In this document: positions 13,176-26,171 of the stretch, piece by piece
Numbering within the stretch: the first letter of the stretch is position 1
Layout: each line of letters starts with the position of its first letter
DNA from: Chiloscyllium plagiosum
Taxonomy: Eukaryota
Length of the DNA stretch: 64,000 nucleotides
Assembly: GCF_004010195.1 (NCBI RefSeq)
Contig: NC_057717.1
Span: forward strand, 69,770,721-69,834,720
Direction: 5' to 3'
Made by a program: the position numbers and the translations under genes
The notes under the pieces: generated by a model
Seen by the model: only the letters and a program-made list of their open reading frames with translations
The model's database searches: none
What the model was told of the DNA's origin: nothing

Positions 13176-14795
13176 AGAATATAGAATATAGAACATTATG
13201 GTGGCACAGTGGTTAGTTCTGCTTGCTGACAGCGTCAGAGAACTGTGTTCGATTCCTGCGTCGGAAGTCTGACAGCGGAGTTTGGCTTTCTCCCCGTGTC
13301 TGCGTGGGTTTCCTCCGGGTGCTCCAGTTTCCTCCCACAATCCAATAAAAAAATGTGCAGTTTAGGTGAATTGTCCGTGCTAAATTGCCCATAGTATTAA
13401 GTGAAGGGGTGCATGCAGAGGAATGGGTCTGGGTGGGTTGCTCTTCAGAGGGTTGGTGTGGACTTGTTGGGCCAAAAGACCTGTTTCCACACTGTACGTA
13501 ATCGAATCTAATCATTGCAGAGCAGGACAGGCCCTTCGGCCCTTGATGTTGCGCCGACCTGTGAAACCAATCTGAAGTTGGCGAGTCTGCTCCTGTAGCA
13601 GGCATTTCCTTCTATGTCCCTACTACTCTCTGACTAAAGAAACTATCCCTGATAGATTGTCCTTTGACTATTATCCCTCAATTTAAAGCTATGTCCACTT
13701 GTGCTAGCCATCATCATCCGAGGAAAACGAATCTCACTGTCCACCCTATCCAATCCTCTGAATATCTGATATGTCCCAATTAAGTCACGTCTCAACCTTC
13801 TCTCGAACAAAAAGAGCCTCACGTCCCTCAGTCTTTCCTCATAAGAGCTTCTATCCATGCCAGACAACATCCTAGTAAGTCTCTGCTGAACCGTTTCTAA
13901 AGTTGCCACATCCTTCCTATATTGTGGTGAACGGATCTGTACACAATAGTTAAAGTATCGCCGCACCAGAGTTTGTACAGCTGCAACATGACCTTGTGGC
14001 TCCGAAACTCAATCCCTCGATTAATATAAGTTTACACACCGTCGTCTTTCTGAACAACCATGTCAACCTCGGTGGCAACTTTCAAGGATGTATGTACCTG
14101 CACATCGAGATCTCTCTGGTCCTCCACACTGCCAAGAATCTATCAATTGGTTATTATTCTGCATTTTTCTTGCTCCTTCCAAAGTGGAACACCACACACT
14201 CATCCGCATGAAGTTCCATTTGCCACGTCCCAGCCCATTTTTGCAGATTATTTATGTCCCTCTGTAACCTACTACATCGTTCATCACTATACACAACTCT
14301 ACTAAACTTAGTTTATCCGCAAACTATATTAACCTATCCTTCTATGCCCTCATCCAGGTCATTTATAGAAATGAATAAAAAGCAGTACACCCAAAACAGA
14401 TGCTTACGGTACACCACTAGTAACTGAACTCTAGGATGAACATTTCCCATCAAACAAAACCCTTTCATCTAGACAATCTCTGATACAAACTGAAAATCAT
14501 CCTCAATCACATGCAAACGTATTTTGTGATATAAACTACCGTGGGGAACCTCATCAAATGTCATACTGAAATCTATATGCACCACATCAATCGCTTTACC
14601 CCCATTCACTATTTGGTCACCTTCCCAAAAAACTCAATAAGGTTAGTGAGGCACAACCTACCCTTCACAAAACCGTGGTGACTATTCCTAATCAACTTAT
14701 TCCTTTCTAGATGATTATAAATGTTATCTCTAATTACCCTTTGCAACACTTTGCCCATAAACAAAGTAAAGCTCACTTGTCTATAATGTTCAAGG
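13176..14795 (-). mobile_element. CR1-clade LINE 3' portion (RT C-terminus and tail), with a SINE inserted in the tail
   Basis: ORFs 13643-13966 (NYCVQIRSPQYRKDVATLETVQQRLTRM) and 14609-14875 (HGFVKGRLCLTNLIEFF), and a (TAGAATA)n tail at 13176. Confidence 0.88.
13200..13513 (+). mobile_element. HE1-type SINE
   Basis: GTGGCACAGTGGTTAG head, V-domain, and CCTGTTTCCACACTGTA..AATCTAATC tail. Confidence 0.88.
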
Positions 14796-14893
14796 CAAAT
14801 GTGATGACTGCAGATGCTTGAGATCAGAATCAAGATTAAAGTGGTGCTGAAAAAGCACAGCAAGTCAGGCAGCATCCGAGGCGCAGGAAAATC

Positions 14894-14921
14894 GACGTTT
14901 CGGGCAAAGGCCCTTCATCAG
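14894..14921 (-). ncRNA. Minimal hammerhead ribozyme motif
   Basis: Minus strand reads CTGATGA-a-GGGC-CTTT-GCCC-GAAA-CGTC. Confidence 0.7.
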
Positions 14922-17800
14922 GAATGAGGCAGGTTGCATCCACCGTGGAGAGATAAATGGGAGGGGGTGAGGCTGGGGAGAAGGTACCTAAGAGCACAAT
15001 AGGTGGATGGGTTGGAGATGAAGGTGATGTTCAGAGAGTCGTATGGAGCAGATAAGTGGGAAGGAAGATTGACAGGTTGGAACTGGGTTGAGGTGGGGGC
15101 AGGGGAAATGAGAAAACTGGTGAAGTCCACATTGATATGTTCCGAGGTAGAAGATGAGGCGTTCTTCCTCCAGGTATCGGGTGGTGAGGGAGTGGCAGTG
15201 GAGGAGGTCCAGGACCTGCATGTCTGCAGCAGAATGGGAGGGGGAGTTGACATGCACGGCCCCGGGGCAGTGGGTTTGATTGGTGCGGGTGTCCAGGAGA
15301 TGTTAACTAAAGCGGTCTGCGAGAAGGCGTCCAGTCTCCCCATTGTAAATGAGACAGCATCTGGAGGAACGGATACAATAAATGACATTGGTGGATGTAC
15401 AGGTGAAACTCTGATGAATGTGGAAGGTTCCTTTGGGGCCTTGGATGGAGGTGAGGGGAAGGTGTAAGCGCAGGTATTGCAATTCTTGCTGAGGGAGGGG
15501 AAAGTGCCTGGAGGGGAGGGTGGGTTGTTGGGGGCGTGGTCTTGACCAGTTAGTCACAGAGGGAGCAGTCTTTGCAGAAAGCTGATAGGGGTGGGGAGGA
15601 ACATGTATTCCTCGTGGTGATGTCCGTTTGTCGGCTGCAGAAATGTGGACAGATGATGCAGTTCTTTCGTAGTTTGGTGGGGTGGAAGGTGAGAAACGGA
15701 GGGTTCTGTCCTTGTTGCAGTTGGAGGGGTGGGTGTGAGGGCACAAGTGCGGGACATGGATGAAATGCGTTGGAAGGCATCTTCAACCACGTGGGAAGGG
15801 AAATTATGGTTTTAAAGAAGGACGCCATCTGGCGTTTTCTGTGGTGGAACTGGTCCGCTTGGGAGCAGATACAGCAGAGACAGAGGAACTGGGAACAAGG
15901 GATAGCATTTTGCGGGAGCTGGGTGGGTAGAAACATAATTCAGGTAGCTGTGGGAAGCGGTGTGTTTGTGAAAATTGTCAGTGTTAAGTCGGTCATCAGT
16001 GATGGAGATAAGAGGTACAGGAAGGGCGTAGAGGTTTCAGAGATGGTCCAGGTGAATTTAAGATCGGGGTAGAATGTGTTGGTGAAGTTGATGAACTGCT
16101 CAACCTCCTAGTGGGTGCATAAGGTGGCACCGACGCAGTCATCTACGTCGCATAGAAAGAGGTGGGGAGTGATGTCATTGTAACTACAGAAGATGGATAA
16201 TTCTACGAGCCAACAAAGGGACAGGCATAGCTGGGGCCCATGTGGGTGCCCATGGCTACCCCATTCGTCTGCAGGAAATGGGACGATTCGAAGGAGAAAT
16301 TGTTAAGGGTGAGGACCAGTTCAGCCAAGCGAATGAGAGTATCAGTGGGGAGGTCGGGAGAGGAAGAAACAGAGAGTTTGGAGGCCCTGGTCATGGGAGA
16401 TGGAGGTGTAGAGCGATTGGATGTCCATAGTGGAGATGAGCCATTGGGTGCCAGGAAAACGGATGTCTTGGCGGAGTTGGAGGGTGTGGGTGGTGTCTCG
16501 AACGTATGTGGGGAGTTCCTGGACTACAGGGGATAGGATAGTGTCAAGGAAGGTGGAGATGAGTTCAGAAGGCTGGAGCAGGCGTCAGGATCTGGGACGG
16601 AGGTAGAATTGAGCGGTGTGGGCTTCCAGAACTATGCGGTTGGAAGCTGCGAGTGGGAACTCTCCTGAGGTGATAAAGCTGTGTATGGTCTGGGAGGTGC
16701 GGGGTTTGGTGGTGGGGGTGGAGTCATGGTCACGGGGGCGGTAGGAAGAGGTGTCTTAAAGTTGGCGCCTGCCTTCAGTGGTATAAAGGTCAGTATGCCA
16801 AACTACGACTGCACCCCCTTTTTCCGATGGTTTGATGGTGTGGATGGAATTGGAGCAGAGATAGTGGAGGGCTGCGCGTTGTGAGGGAAGAGAGGTTGGA
16901 GTGGGGGACGGGTGCAGACAGGTTGAGGCGGTTAATGTATCAGTTGCAGTTGGAAATGAACAGATCGAGGGCAGGTAGTAGGCCAGCACTGGGTGTCCGG
17001 GGGATCAGTGCGCTGGAAGCGGGCAAAGGGGTCCCCAGAAGGTGGGCAGACGTCCTGACTGTACAAATAAGCTCGGAGGCAGACGCAATGGAAGAAGTGT
17101 TCGATGTCAGGACGCATATTAAATTCATTGATGCATGGGCGGAGGGAGACAAAGGTGAAGCCTTTGCTGAGGACTGATCGTTAGTCCTTAGTGAGGGGGA
17201 GGTGTGGCAGGATGGTGAAAACTCAGCACGGCTGGGAGCTAGGACCTGGTGTATGTTTAGAGCTGGGATTGGGGGCGGAGTCTGTAAGTAGAATGGGAGT
17301 AGTAGTGGGGGAATGGGGTGGAATCATTAGCAGGGGCAATGTTCCCTTCGGGGTTCTGGGGCAGGGATGATGATAGTGGGATCCATGGCAGAACGTGTCG
17401 GCAGTATGCAGGTGAGTGGTATTGGTGTGAGCGGAAATGGTGGTGATGATGTCAGTGGTGGGGCAGAGGTTGCAGAACGCGTGACATTTGCGATGACGTG
17501 AGGGGGAGAAGTGATGTCACGCGTGGTGCATTTGAAATCATGCGGGGCAGAAGTGTCTGCAGAAGCGACAGCGATGTGGGCGGAAGTGATTTCATCGATC
17601 TCCTTGGGGATGATGGCTGTACAGGCCTCGTGGCTAACAGCAGCCGAGCTGGACCGAAGGCCGAGGGCAGCTTCTAGGATGTTTGAGGAGTGCTTGTTAT
17701 GGAGGTGGGTCCAGAAATATTTGCTGTACTTACAGTTTTTGATGTTTAACATGATGTAGAAATACTGTTTTTTGAGAGTATGAATTCCTCTTAGGATATA

Positions 17801-18531
17801 CAAGTGAACTTCCATTAACTAATCGAGATGGAGGGCCACTATTTCGTTCGGATAATCAATTATTCGGATAATCGATTCACTGCCTTTCCTCTGGTGCTTG
17901 GAGTTTTTAATATCTTCTCCCATTCAGGAGACTGCAGCAGTTTGCAGCGTGCGAGCCTCCGCCTCCAAAACCGCCCCCGCCCGCCCCGTCCAACACTGCC
18001 GACTACTCAAAATAGCCATTGCCCCAACCGTCCAAAAGTGCCTCCAGCACACCCGCACTGACCTCCACAATAAGACTGCTGCTGCAGCTGGCTTTGTGGG
18101 GTAANNNNNNNNNNNNNNNNNNNNNNNNNNNNNNNNNNNNNNNNNNNNNNNNNNNNNNNNNNNNNNNNNNNNNNNNNNNNNNNNNNNNNNNNNNNNNNNN
18201 NNNNNNNNNNNNNNNNNNNNNNNNNNNNNNNNNNNNNNNNNNNNNNNNNNNNNNNNAACTTTTTGACAAGTTCCAAGTTTGCCCTGAACAGGACAATGTT
18301 GGAGAGATTATCTGGGGAAGTGGGGGGTTAGGGGACACCCCACTGTAGAACTCCAAAGTAAGTATTGGAAGAGAGAGGTCAGTCATTTGGAGATGGTGCC
18401 TGTCGAATCATTGTAAACAAAAGAAACTGTTAGGAACACGTTTTTGAGATAATGTTTCTGTCAGGACCTCGAGACTCCTTTGGATAACCACTTTATGGAT
18501 AATTGGTATTCAGATAATCGAGGTTCCTCTC
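17801..18531. mobile_element. Tc1/mariner (Tigger-like) non-autonomous element inserted in the PLE; contains a gap at 18105-18256
   Basis: Right end GATAATCGAGGTTCCTCT and degenerate left end TA|CAAGTGAACTTCCATTA, with repeated GGATAAT subterminal motifs. It splits a contiguous PLE reading frame. Confidence 0.6.
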
Positions 18532-19049
18532 CAATACAGTATGGGTCCTTTGCAGTTCTGAGACAGCGGCCCTCAGTTGTGGCAAAGCTGACTGTACAGA
18601 GTTTAGGTGGTGGCGCATGGCTGTGAGTGTGGTTTGGTGGATCTTGAAGGAGAACCATAGCTGATGATTTTGTTTTGGCAGTCTGCACTGGTTGTCCTGT
18701 TCGGATTCCAACTGTGCTGAGTTGAATGTAGTCCGGGGTCCATGTGGGATCAGTTGGTTGCGGAAGCAAACACTGAGGAAGCAGATGTGGCTGTGGTAGT
18801 GGGTCTGTTTCTGTACATGGTTGAAGAGCTTTCTACCTATGTCTTAGTTCTGACGTCACCACTCACAGACTCCCATACACTCAAACAATAATTCAGGTTC
18901 CCATCACCCTGCTGAAATAGTTTAAACTCACCCGAAGGGCATTAGAATTTCCACCTCCAAGGATATTGTTGCGCTTCTGGTTCTGGTGAAGACAATCCTA
19001 TTTGTAGTGGTCCCATCGACTCAGAAAGAACCGAAATTATCCAGGGTGA

Positions 19050-19745
19050 GTAGCAGGATGATGAGCTGGGTTAAAGGTAGCTCAGAATGCGATAGGTAGA
19101 TGAAGGTGAGGGAGAAAGTTAGATGTTGGAGAGGAGGGTGGAGCAGATAGGTAGGAAGGAAGATGGGCAGTTAAGACCGTTCAAGAGGGTGGTGCCGAGT
19201 AAGAATGTTGGGATGTAGATTAGATGGGGAGGGGGAAATGGAGAAACTGGTGATGTTCACATTAATCCCGGATGGTTCGAGGGTCCCAAGGCGGAATATG
19301 AAGTGTTCTTCCTCCAGGCATCTCGTCTTTAGGGCTGATGATGAAGGAGGCCCAGGACCTGCACATCATTGGGGGAGTGGGAGGGGGTGTTGAAGTGTGC
19401 AGTCACGGGACAGTGGGGTTGGTTGGTGCGGGTGTCCCAGAAATGTTTTCCAAAACAATCTGAAAGGTGGCTTCCTGTCTTCCTAATCGTGTGCAATGGA
19501 AGTCGTAGATGATGTGTTTGAAGGTCCAGGTAAATTTTTGTCGAACGTGGAAGAATCCTCTGGAGGGAGGTGTGGGCACAGGTTTTGCACTTCCTGCGAT
19601 GGCAGGGGAAGATTCTGGGAGGGGAGCGTGGTTTCGTGGGGCCCGTGGACTTCACAAGGGAGTTGTGGAGGAAATGGTCCCTTTGAAGCGCAGATATGGA
19701 TGGCGACAAATATATCTCTGGTCGTTTGCAGCCACAACAAGGAAA
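19050..19745 (-). mobile_element. Penelope-like 3' fragment (GIY-YIG region)
   Basis: FPCHRRKCKTCAHTS and KHFWDTRTNQPHCPVTAHFNTPSHSPNDVQVLGLLH. Confidence 0.85.
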
Positions 19746-20935
19746 CCTACCGACCCCCACAGCGACCTGCTCTACACTCCTCCCACCCTGCTTCCTGTAA
19801 AAGCGCTATCCCTTATGCACAATTCCTCCCCCTTTACTGCATCTGCTCCCAGGAGTGCCAATTCCACCATTGAATATCTCAGATGGCCTCCTTCTTCAAA
19901 GACTACAATTGCCCTTCCCACGTGGTTGACAATGCCCTTCAGTGCATCTCCTCTAATTCGTGCTCCACCACCCTTGAACACGTTGTCTGCAATCACAACA
20001 AAGATACAACCCCCTCTACCTTACCTTTCACTCCACCAATCTCTGTACGCATTGCATCATCTTCCACCATTTACGAACAGGCCCGACACCCATGGCCATA
20101 TTCCCCTCTCCTCCCCAATACGCGCTCCAGAGATACCATTCCCTTCACGATTCGTTTGTTAGGCCTCCACCAATTCATCCTCTACACCCACCGCCTTCCT
20201 CTGCAACAACAAGTACAAAATCTGCATGCACATGTCGCCACTCACATTCATCCAACAACCCAAAATGATTCTTCTGCAACTGATAGAGTACTTGTACACA
20301 TGTGAGCTACTGTGTCCATTGCTCTTGATGTTGTCTCCTCCAGGTTGGCAAGACAGGGCGCCAACTTGCAGAAATTTGAAAGAACAGCTTTGGGACACAC
20401 GCATTAAATAACCCCACTGTTTGTGACAAAAACGTTCCCTCCCCCACCAACTCCACCAAGGACATGGAAGTCCGGAGCCTCCTCCCAGTAAACTCTAACC
20501 ACCAATCACCTAGATGAAGAATGCCTCATCTTTCACCTTGGGGTATCCAGCCAGAAAGGATCGAAGTGGGTTTCACCAGTTACCTCATTTCCCCTCCCCA
20601 ACCTTATCCCAGGTCCAAATTTCCAACTCAGCACCGTCCTCTTGAATTGTCCTACCTGTCCATCTTATTTCCCATTTATCAACTCCACCCAGCTCTCCGA
20701 CCTTTTCACCTTCACCTTCATCTATCTATAGCATTCAGAGCTGCCTTTCTTCCAGACCCACCTCCCTCGTATTTATCTCTCAGGGACCTTGGGCCACCCC
20801 ACCCCATTCCTGATGAAGACATTATGCTCGAAACATGGATTCTACTTGTTCTCGGATGCTGCCTGACCGGCGGTGCACTTCCAGACCACAATCTCAACTC
20901 TAATTTGCAGCATTTGCTGTCCTCACTTTCTCGTC
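19746..20935 (+). mobile_element. Penelope-like 3' fragment in the opposite orientation to its neighbour
   Basis: SSHPASCKSAIPYAQFL and MASFFKD, with a terminus CCTGATGAAGAC..CTCGAAAC at about 20810. Confidence 0.85.
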
Positions 20936-21464
20936 TCTGACAAGAAGCTAAAAGAAACATTTTCCTAACTTGCTGGTATCACAGAGGAGATCAGATGATC
21001 AAATTCCTGATGTATTTGTGCTGTTAAATGTTATCTCAAACCCGTCTCTGAAAGGCTGAAATCGAATGCTCCCACTGTGCCTTAAAATGTGTGAATCAAA
21101 ATCAGAAGACCTCCACCATCAGGACATTGGAGCAGAGACATATGTTCGCATTTAATACTTGAATACCACCAGTAGCACATTTAGTTAAAAACATAAATTG
21201 ATTTACAGAGACAGATGAACCGATGTATATTTCCTTTCCCACAGAGGAGCAGAGAGCTATCAACAAGGACCAGGTATAAGCAACTTTGGTGTAACATAAC
21301 CATGTAACGCTTGGTTCAAAACAAAATACTCCACGAGGTATACTCCAAGGCAAACGTATGAGTTTGCTTAGGGTAGATATTCATGTCTGACTTTTTTAAA
21401 AGCCATAAAAACCCAAATCTAAAGTTACTGTGGCACACCTGAGATATTGAGAAATGTGTCCAAT

Positions 21465-21780
21465 AAGGAAACGTCTGAGTCGGCTGGGGCTATGTTGCCT
21501 AGAGCATCAAAAGCTGAGACCTTATACCGGTTTGTAAAATCATGAGGGGCATGGATAGTGTAAATAGACAGGCTTTTTTGCTCTTGGAATGGGGGAATCC
21601 AAAACCAGAGGAAGTGGTGGAGGCTGGTGCAATTATACCACTAAAAGAACATCTGGATGGGTACATGAACATGAATGGTTTAGAGGGATATTGGCGAAAT
21701 GCTGGCAAATGAGACTAGATTTATAACGGGTATCTGGTCGGCATGGACGAGTTGGACCATGCTGTCCATCTCTGTGACTT
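21465..21780 (+). mobile_element. CR1 3' end fragment
   Basis: AAAATCATGAGGGGCATGGATAG, CATCTGGATGGGTACATGAA and GGTCGGCATGGACGAGTTGG. Confidence 0.75.
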
Positions 21781-22264
21781 AATGACATTGCAACAGCCCC
21801 TCTATCACTTCAGCCTGAGAGAACAAACAACAGTCCTTTTGACTTGTAAGTGCAAGTTATAACCTTTGCTATTTACATGCTTTAGGTGGACTTTAATCTA
21901 AGTTTCATTTTAAAATGATTTCATACTTTTTTCAGTCTAAATACTTTCCATTATTATTACTCTTTCTTAATAAACCGTCGACTTGAATTCCACCAGTAAA
22001 GTCTTGCCATTGTTGATCTTGCTTTGCGAAATTGTAAGCAGAATGTCTTGCTCTGTCTAAGCACTCAATGATCCATATTTTTTTTCTCTGGTGTAATCTG
22101 CCTGGACTGACAATAAACATTTTTTTCAACGTACTCAGGTACATGTGTCTATAATAAATCAAAAAATGTAACTCACCGTTTCATGCTAATTTATCCTTTG
22201 CCTTTCAAACACTACAATTACATAAACTCTTCAGAATGCTGTCGGAGCAAACTTTTCCTTTTGC

Positions 22265-22305
22265 TTTTCCACAGTTTCAAATAACGAATTTGAAACTGTG
22301 GAAAA
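22265..22305. repeat. Perfect 18-bp inverted repeat with a 5-nt loop
   Basis: TTTTCCACAGTTTCAAAT-aacga-ATTTGAAACTGTGGAAAA. Confidence 0.95.
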
Positions 22306-22982
22306 AACTAGGATGTTCAAAAACTAAACCTTACTAGAAATCTTGTATGGTTAGAGCAGCCTGTTTACAGAAATATGATTAACCTTCTAATGTTTCTTCC
22401 TTCAAAAAATCTCATCTTGCCCAGTATATTTACATGAAGATCACAAATCTATCTGTGAACAACTATTGTACGTAATTGTGAATTCTTGCTGCATTCTTGT
22501 GTGAAACGAAATACCTCCAAGTGAGCATCTTGTCAACGTAATCATGGCACACTACAACACTGCCCGGGGACTTGGTGCATATCCAGTGGCAGCAGATTAG
22601 AGCGTATTATTGTCACCAGCCAGCTGGTATAAGTTACAAATATCTCTACGATAGATTTACCAGTCAGTCGGTCTAAAAGTGTATTAGCCATATTTTATAG
22701 ATGCTTTAAAAATGCAGTGGTGTCTAACTTAACCTGCTATTACTATTTCTAATAGTCCCCTCCTTTGTGGCAGTCCAATTTAGATTAGTTTCAGAATTCT
22801 ACACTAATTCATCACATTCTTGGCTCTCGTGTAGTTTTATCAAAAAGATCTGAAATTTCACTTACCTCTTCACAAATTATTCCAATGCCTCAGCTGATGT
22901 CTTGGTCACCACATTCAATTATCTATTCAAAACAAGACAAGGCCACAAACATCACTAAAGGAAAGCTATCAGTTTAGTGCAT

Positions 22983-23035
22983 TCATCCTGTCATGAGAGC
23001 TCATCCTGTCACGAGAGCTCATCCTGTCACGAGAG
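22983..23035. repeat. 18-bp tandem repeat, about 3 copies (TCATCCTGTCACGAGAGC)
   Basis: Seen directly in the sequence. Confidence 0.9.
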
Positions 23036-23769
23036 ATTATTCATGTTCTTATATGTCTTCTACAACCGGTTTCCACTCTTACTTAATTACTCTTATCCAA
23101 ATTTGCTGTGCAATTAACACAATTCTGTCAAGAACCGGGAAAGATTTGTGCCGTTCAGCGAAACATTTTCTTGTAATTTTCGCAGAACAGAAATCAAACA
23201 TTCTTCATTAGCTCTTTCTTTGAGAAGACCATTTAATAAAAAACTTGACAACTTATTCTACACATTTGATATATCTACGTGTGAAGTTGTCCAAATTCCA
23301 TACCTCATTTACTCATCAAAAACACCGACAAGTCTTCCTTGCATCCATTAAAATCACCGAGCCTGTGTTAATGCATATTCTTCATTTCCAGAATTCCTTT
23401 AAATTTCAGGTAACTGTTCTCCTTTAAACGTTTTAGAATACCAGATCAGTAAATTCTAATGTAATTGCTTATTACGATAGTCTTGAATGGGCGCAGAGTT
23501 CGTTACTGAGAACAGCCCAATGCTTAATTTATTTAAAGTTGGCATTGTTGTTCTCCAACAATGGGATGCAATGTTGAGGAATAGTCTGATGGATTGAGGG
23601 TCACTTGGTCATCACTGTGTTACAATGTTTAAAGCCTGCAGTCAAGTTCAGAAATACGACGATGTCGGCTAAGGCTTCTGTATCTTCTGTTCTTTCAAAA
23701 AAAAATCCAATTCAAGCAGAATTGATTAAATAGTTAATGCTCAAAGGAACAATGAGTAATGGGCTCATA

Positions 23770-24205
23770 GTAAGTATCTTGCCTGTATAGATGAGCAGAG
23801 TGATTTCGTTCCCCAGGTATATAGATCCTTGAATGTTGCCACCCAGGTCGATAGGGTTGTTAAGAAGGCAAACGATGTGTTAGTTTTATTGGTGGAGGGA
23901 TTGTGTTTCGGAGCCACAAGGTCATGTTGCAGCTGTACAAATCTCTGGTGTGGCAGCACTTGGAGTTTTTCCTGCAGTTGTGGTCACCATATTATAGCAA
24001 GGATGTGGAATCTTTGGAAAGGGTTCCGTGGAGATTTACGAGCATGTTGCCTAGTATGGCGGGAAGGTCTTATGAGGAAAGGCTGAGGCACGTGAGGTTG
24101 CTTTCATTAGAGAGAAGAAGGTGAGAAGCGAATGAATTGAGACATCTAAGATAATCAGAGGGTTAGCTAGGGTGGACAGTGAGACCCTTTTTCCTCGTAT
24201 GGTAT
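23770..24205 (+). mobile_element. CR1 ORF2 C-terminal fragment
   Basis: VMLQLYKSLVWQHLEFFLQLWSPYYSKDVESLERV. Confidence 0.85.
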
Positions 24206-24255
24206 ATCTGTGTGCAGACGACAAGTCTAGCTGTGAACATCTGCGGTGTGTAACT

Positions 24256-26171
24256 AGTAGAATTTGAGGACAACAGATGCCTGAGATCAGAGTCGAGATT
24301 GTAGTGCTCGAAGAGCATAGCAGGTCAGACATCATACAGCCAGCGGAGGAAACTACGTTTCAGGCATAAGTCTTTAAACAGAAATGAGGCTTGTGGACCA
24401 AGTGAGCTGAGACATAAATGGGAGGAGAATGGAGTTGAAAGAGAAGGTAGGTGAGAATGCGTTAGGTCTTTACAATGAAGGTGAGGGAGACGGTGATAGG
24501 TCGGAGATGACGGTGTACCTGTTAGATGAGAAAGGTGCTGTACAGGACAGGAGGACAGTGCCGAGTTGGAGGCTTGGGACAGGGATAAAGTGAGGGAGGG
24601 GGAATGAGTAAACTGTTGAAATCCACATTGACCCCTTGTGGTTGCAGGGCCCTAAGGCAGAATATGAGGCATTTTTCCTCCAGGTGTCGGGTGGTAACGA
24701 TTAGATAATGGAGGAGGCCCAGGATCTGGATGCTTTTGACAGAGTGTAAGGGGGACTTGAAGTGTTTACCAATGGGGCGGTTGGATTGCATGGTGCAGGT
24801 GTCCCGGAGATGTTCTCTGAAACGTTCTGAGAGTAGACATCCTTGCTTCTTGATGTTGAGGAGACCACATCGTATGGAACTGATACAGTAGATGACATTG
24901 GTGGAGGTACATGTAAACTTCTGTTGCATGTGGAAGAATATTTTACGGCCTCAGATATCCGGCCACCAAGCCTCATTCCTGACGGGCTGACCAGGTGGAT
25001 GGGGTGTGTTGGGGAAGGAGTTCTCATTGGGTGGCAGGAGTCTTGATTGAAAGAGTGGGCCCAGAGGCAGAGACGGTGGAAGAAATCTATCGCGTTCTCA
25101 GCTACCTTAACCAACACAACCCCCTCCGATTTATGTCTCAGATATGGGAGAAGTGGGAGAATTGGGAGGAGACGTTGATAACAGTGAGGTCCAGTTTAAC
25201 CAGATGGATTAGGGTGTCGGTGGAAGGGTTGTGGTTGGGATGGCGTGAGAGGAAGAATGAGGGCTTGGAGGCATTCCTTATGGTGGATGGATATGTACAG
25301 GAACTTAATATCCATGGTAACAATGAGGCGATGACGCTAGGGAAAGCAAAATCTTGGAGCAGGAGAAGGGCATGGGTGGTGTCCAGAATGTAAGTAGGGA
25401 GTTCATGGACTAAGGGGGACAGGACAGTTTCAAGGTATACAGAGATGAGTGGAGTGGGATAGGAGGAATTAAGACAATGGGTGGACCAGGGAAGTCAGAA
25501 ATGTCAATCTTTGGTAGGAGGTAGAATCAGGCGGTGTATGGTACACCTCCAATGTGGTTAGAGGCTGTGGATGTGAGATCCCCTGAGGTGATAAGGTTGT
25601 GGATGGTCTGAGAAATGATGGTTTGCTAATGGGAGGTGGCAGTAGGAGGATGTGCCTGTGAGTTAGCACCTGGCTTCAGCGGTGCAGAGGTCTGTGCGCC
25701 AAAATATTACTGCGCAGTTCCTTGTCTGGGGGTTTGATGGTGAGGTTGGTGTTCGGTTGTGGCGGAGGGAGTGGTTGGCTGCGTGTCGTGAAGGTGGGAG
25801 GTTGGATTGGGTGAGATGGTTGGAGAGGTTGAGGTGTTCGATATCTTGGCAGCAGTTAGAAATGAAGAGGTGAAGAGGTGGTAAAAGGCTAGCACAGGCT
25901 GACCAGGTGGATGGGGTGTGTTGGGGAAGGAGTTCTCATTGGGTGGCAGGAATCTTGATTGAAAGAGTGGGCCCAGAGGCAGAGACGGTGGAAGAAATCT
26001 ATCGCGTTCTCAGCTACCTTAACCAACACCACCCCCTCCGATTTATGTCTCAGATATCCGGCCAACAAGCCTCATTCCTGACGAAGGGTTTATGCCCGAA
26101 ATGTCAATTGTCCTGCTCCTTGGATGCTTCCTGACCTGCTGCGCTTTTCCAGCACCACGCTCTCGACTGCT
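24256..26171 (-). mobile_element. Rearranged Penelope-like insertion (minus-strand body plus inverted + strand terminus) bounded by a 9-bp direct repeat
   Basis: FTCTSTNVIYCISS (GIY-YIG) and PSTDTLIHLVKL (RT). TGTGTAACT occurs at 24247-24255 and 26172-26180. A hammerhead-like CTGACGA..GAAATGTC lies at 26078-26105. Confidence 0.8.

Larger units (their letters stand above)
14796..18830 (-). mobile_element. Near full-length Penelope-like element (N-terminal region, RT, GIY-YIG, terminus), decayed and interrupted by a MITE
   Basis: LNNFSFESSHFLQTNGVAMGTHMGPSYAC (RT) and FTCTSTNVIYCIRSSRCCLIYNGETGRLLADRF (GIY-YIG). The N-terminal reading at 18540-18770 (TLTAMRHHLNSVQSALPQL) continues into YILRGIHTLKKQYF at about 17800. 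Confidence 0.88.
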
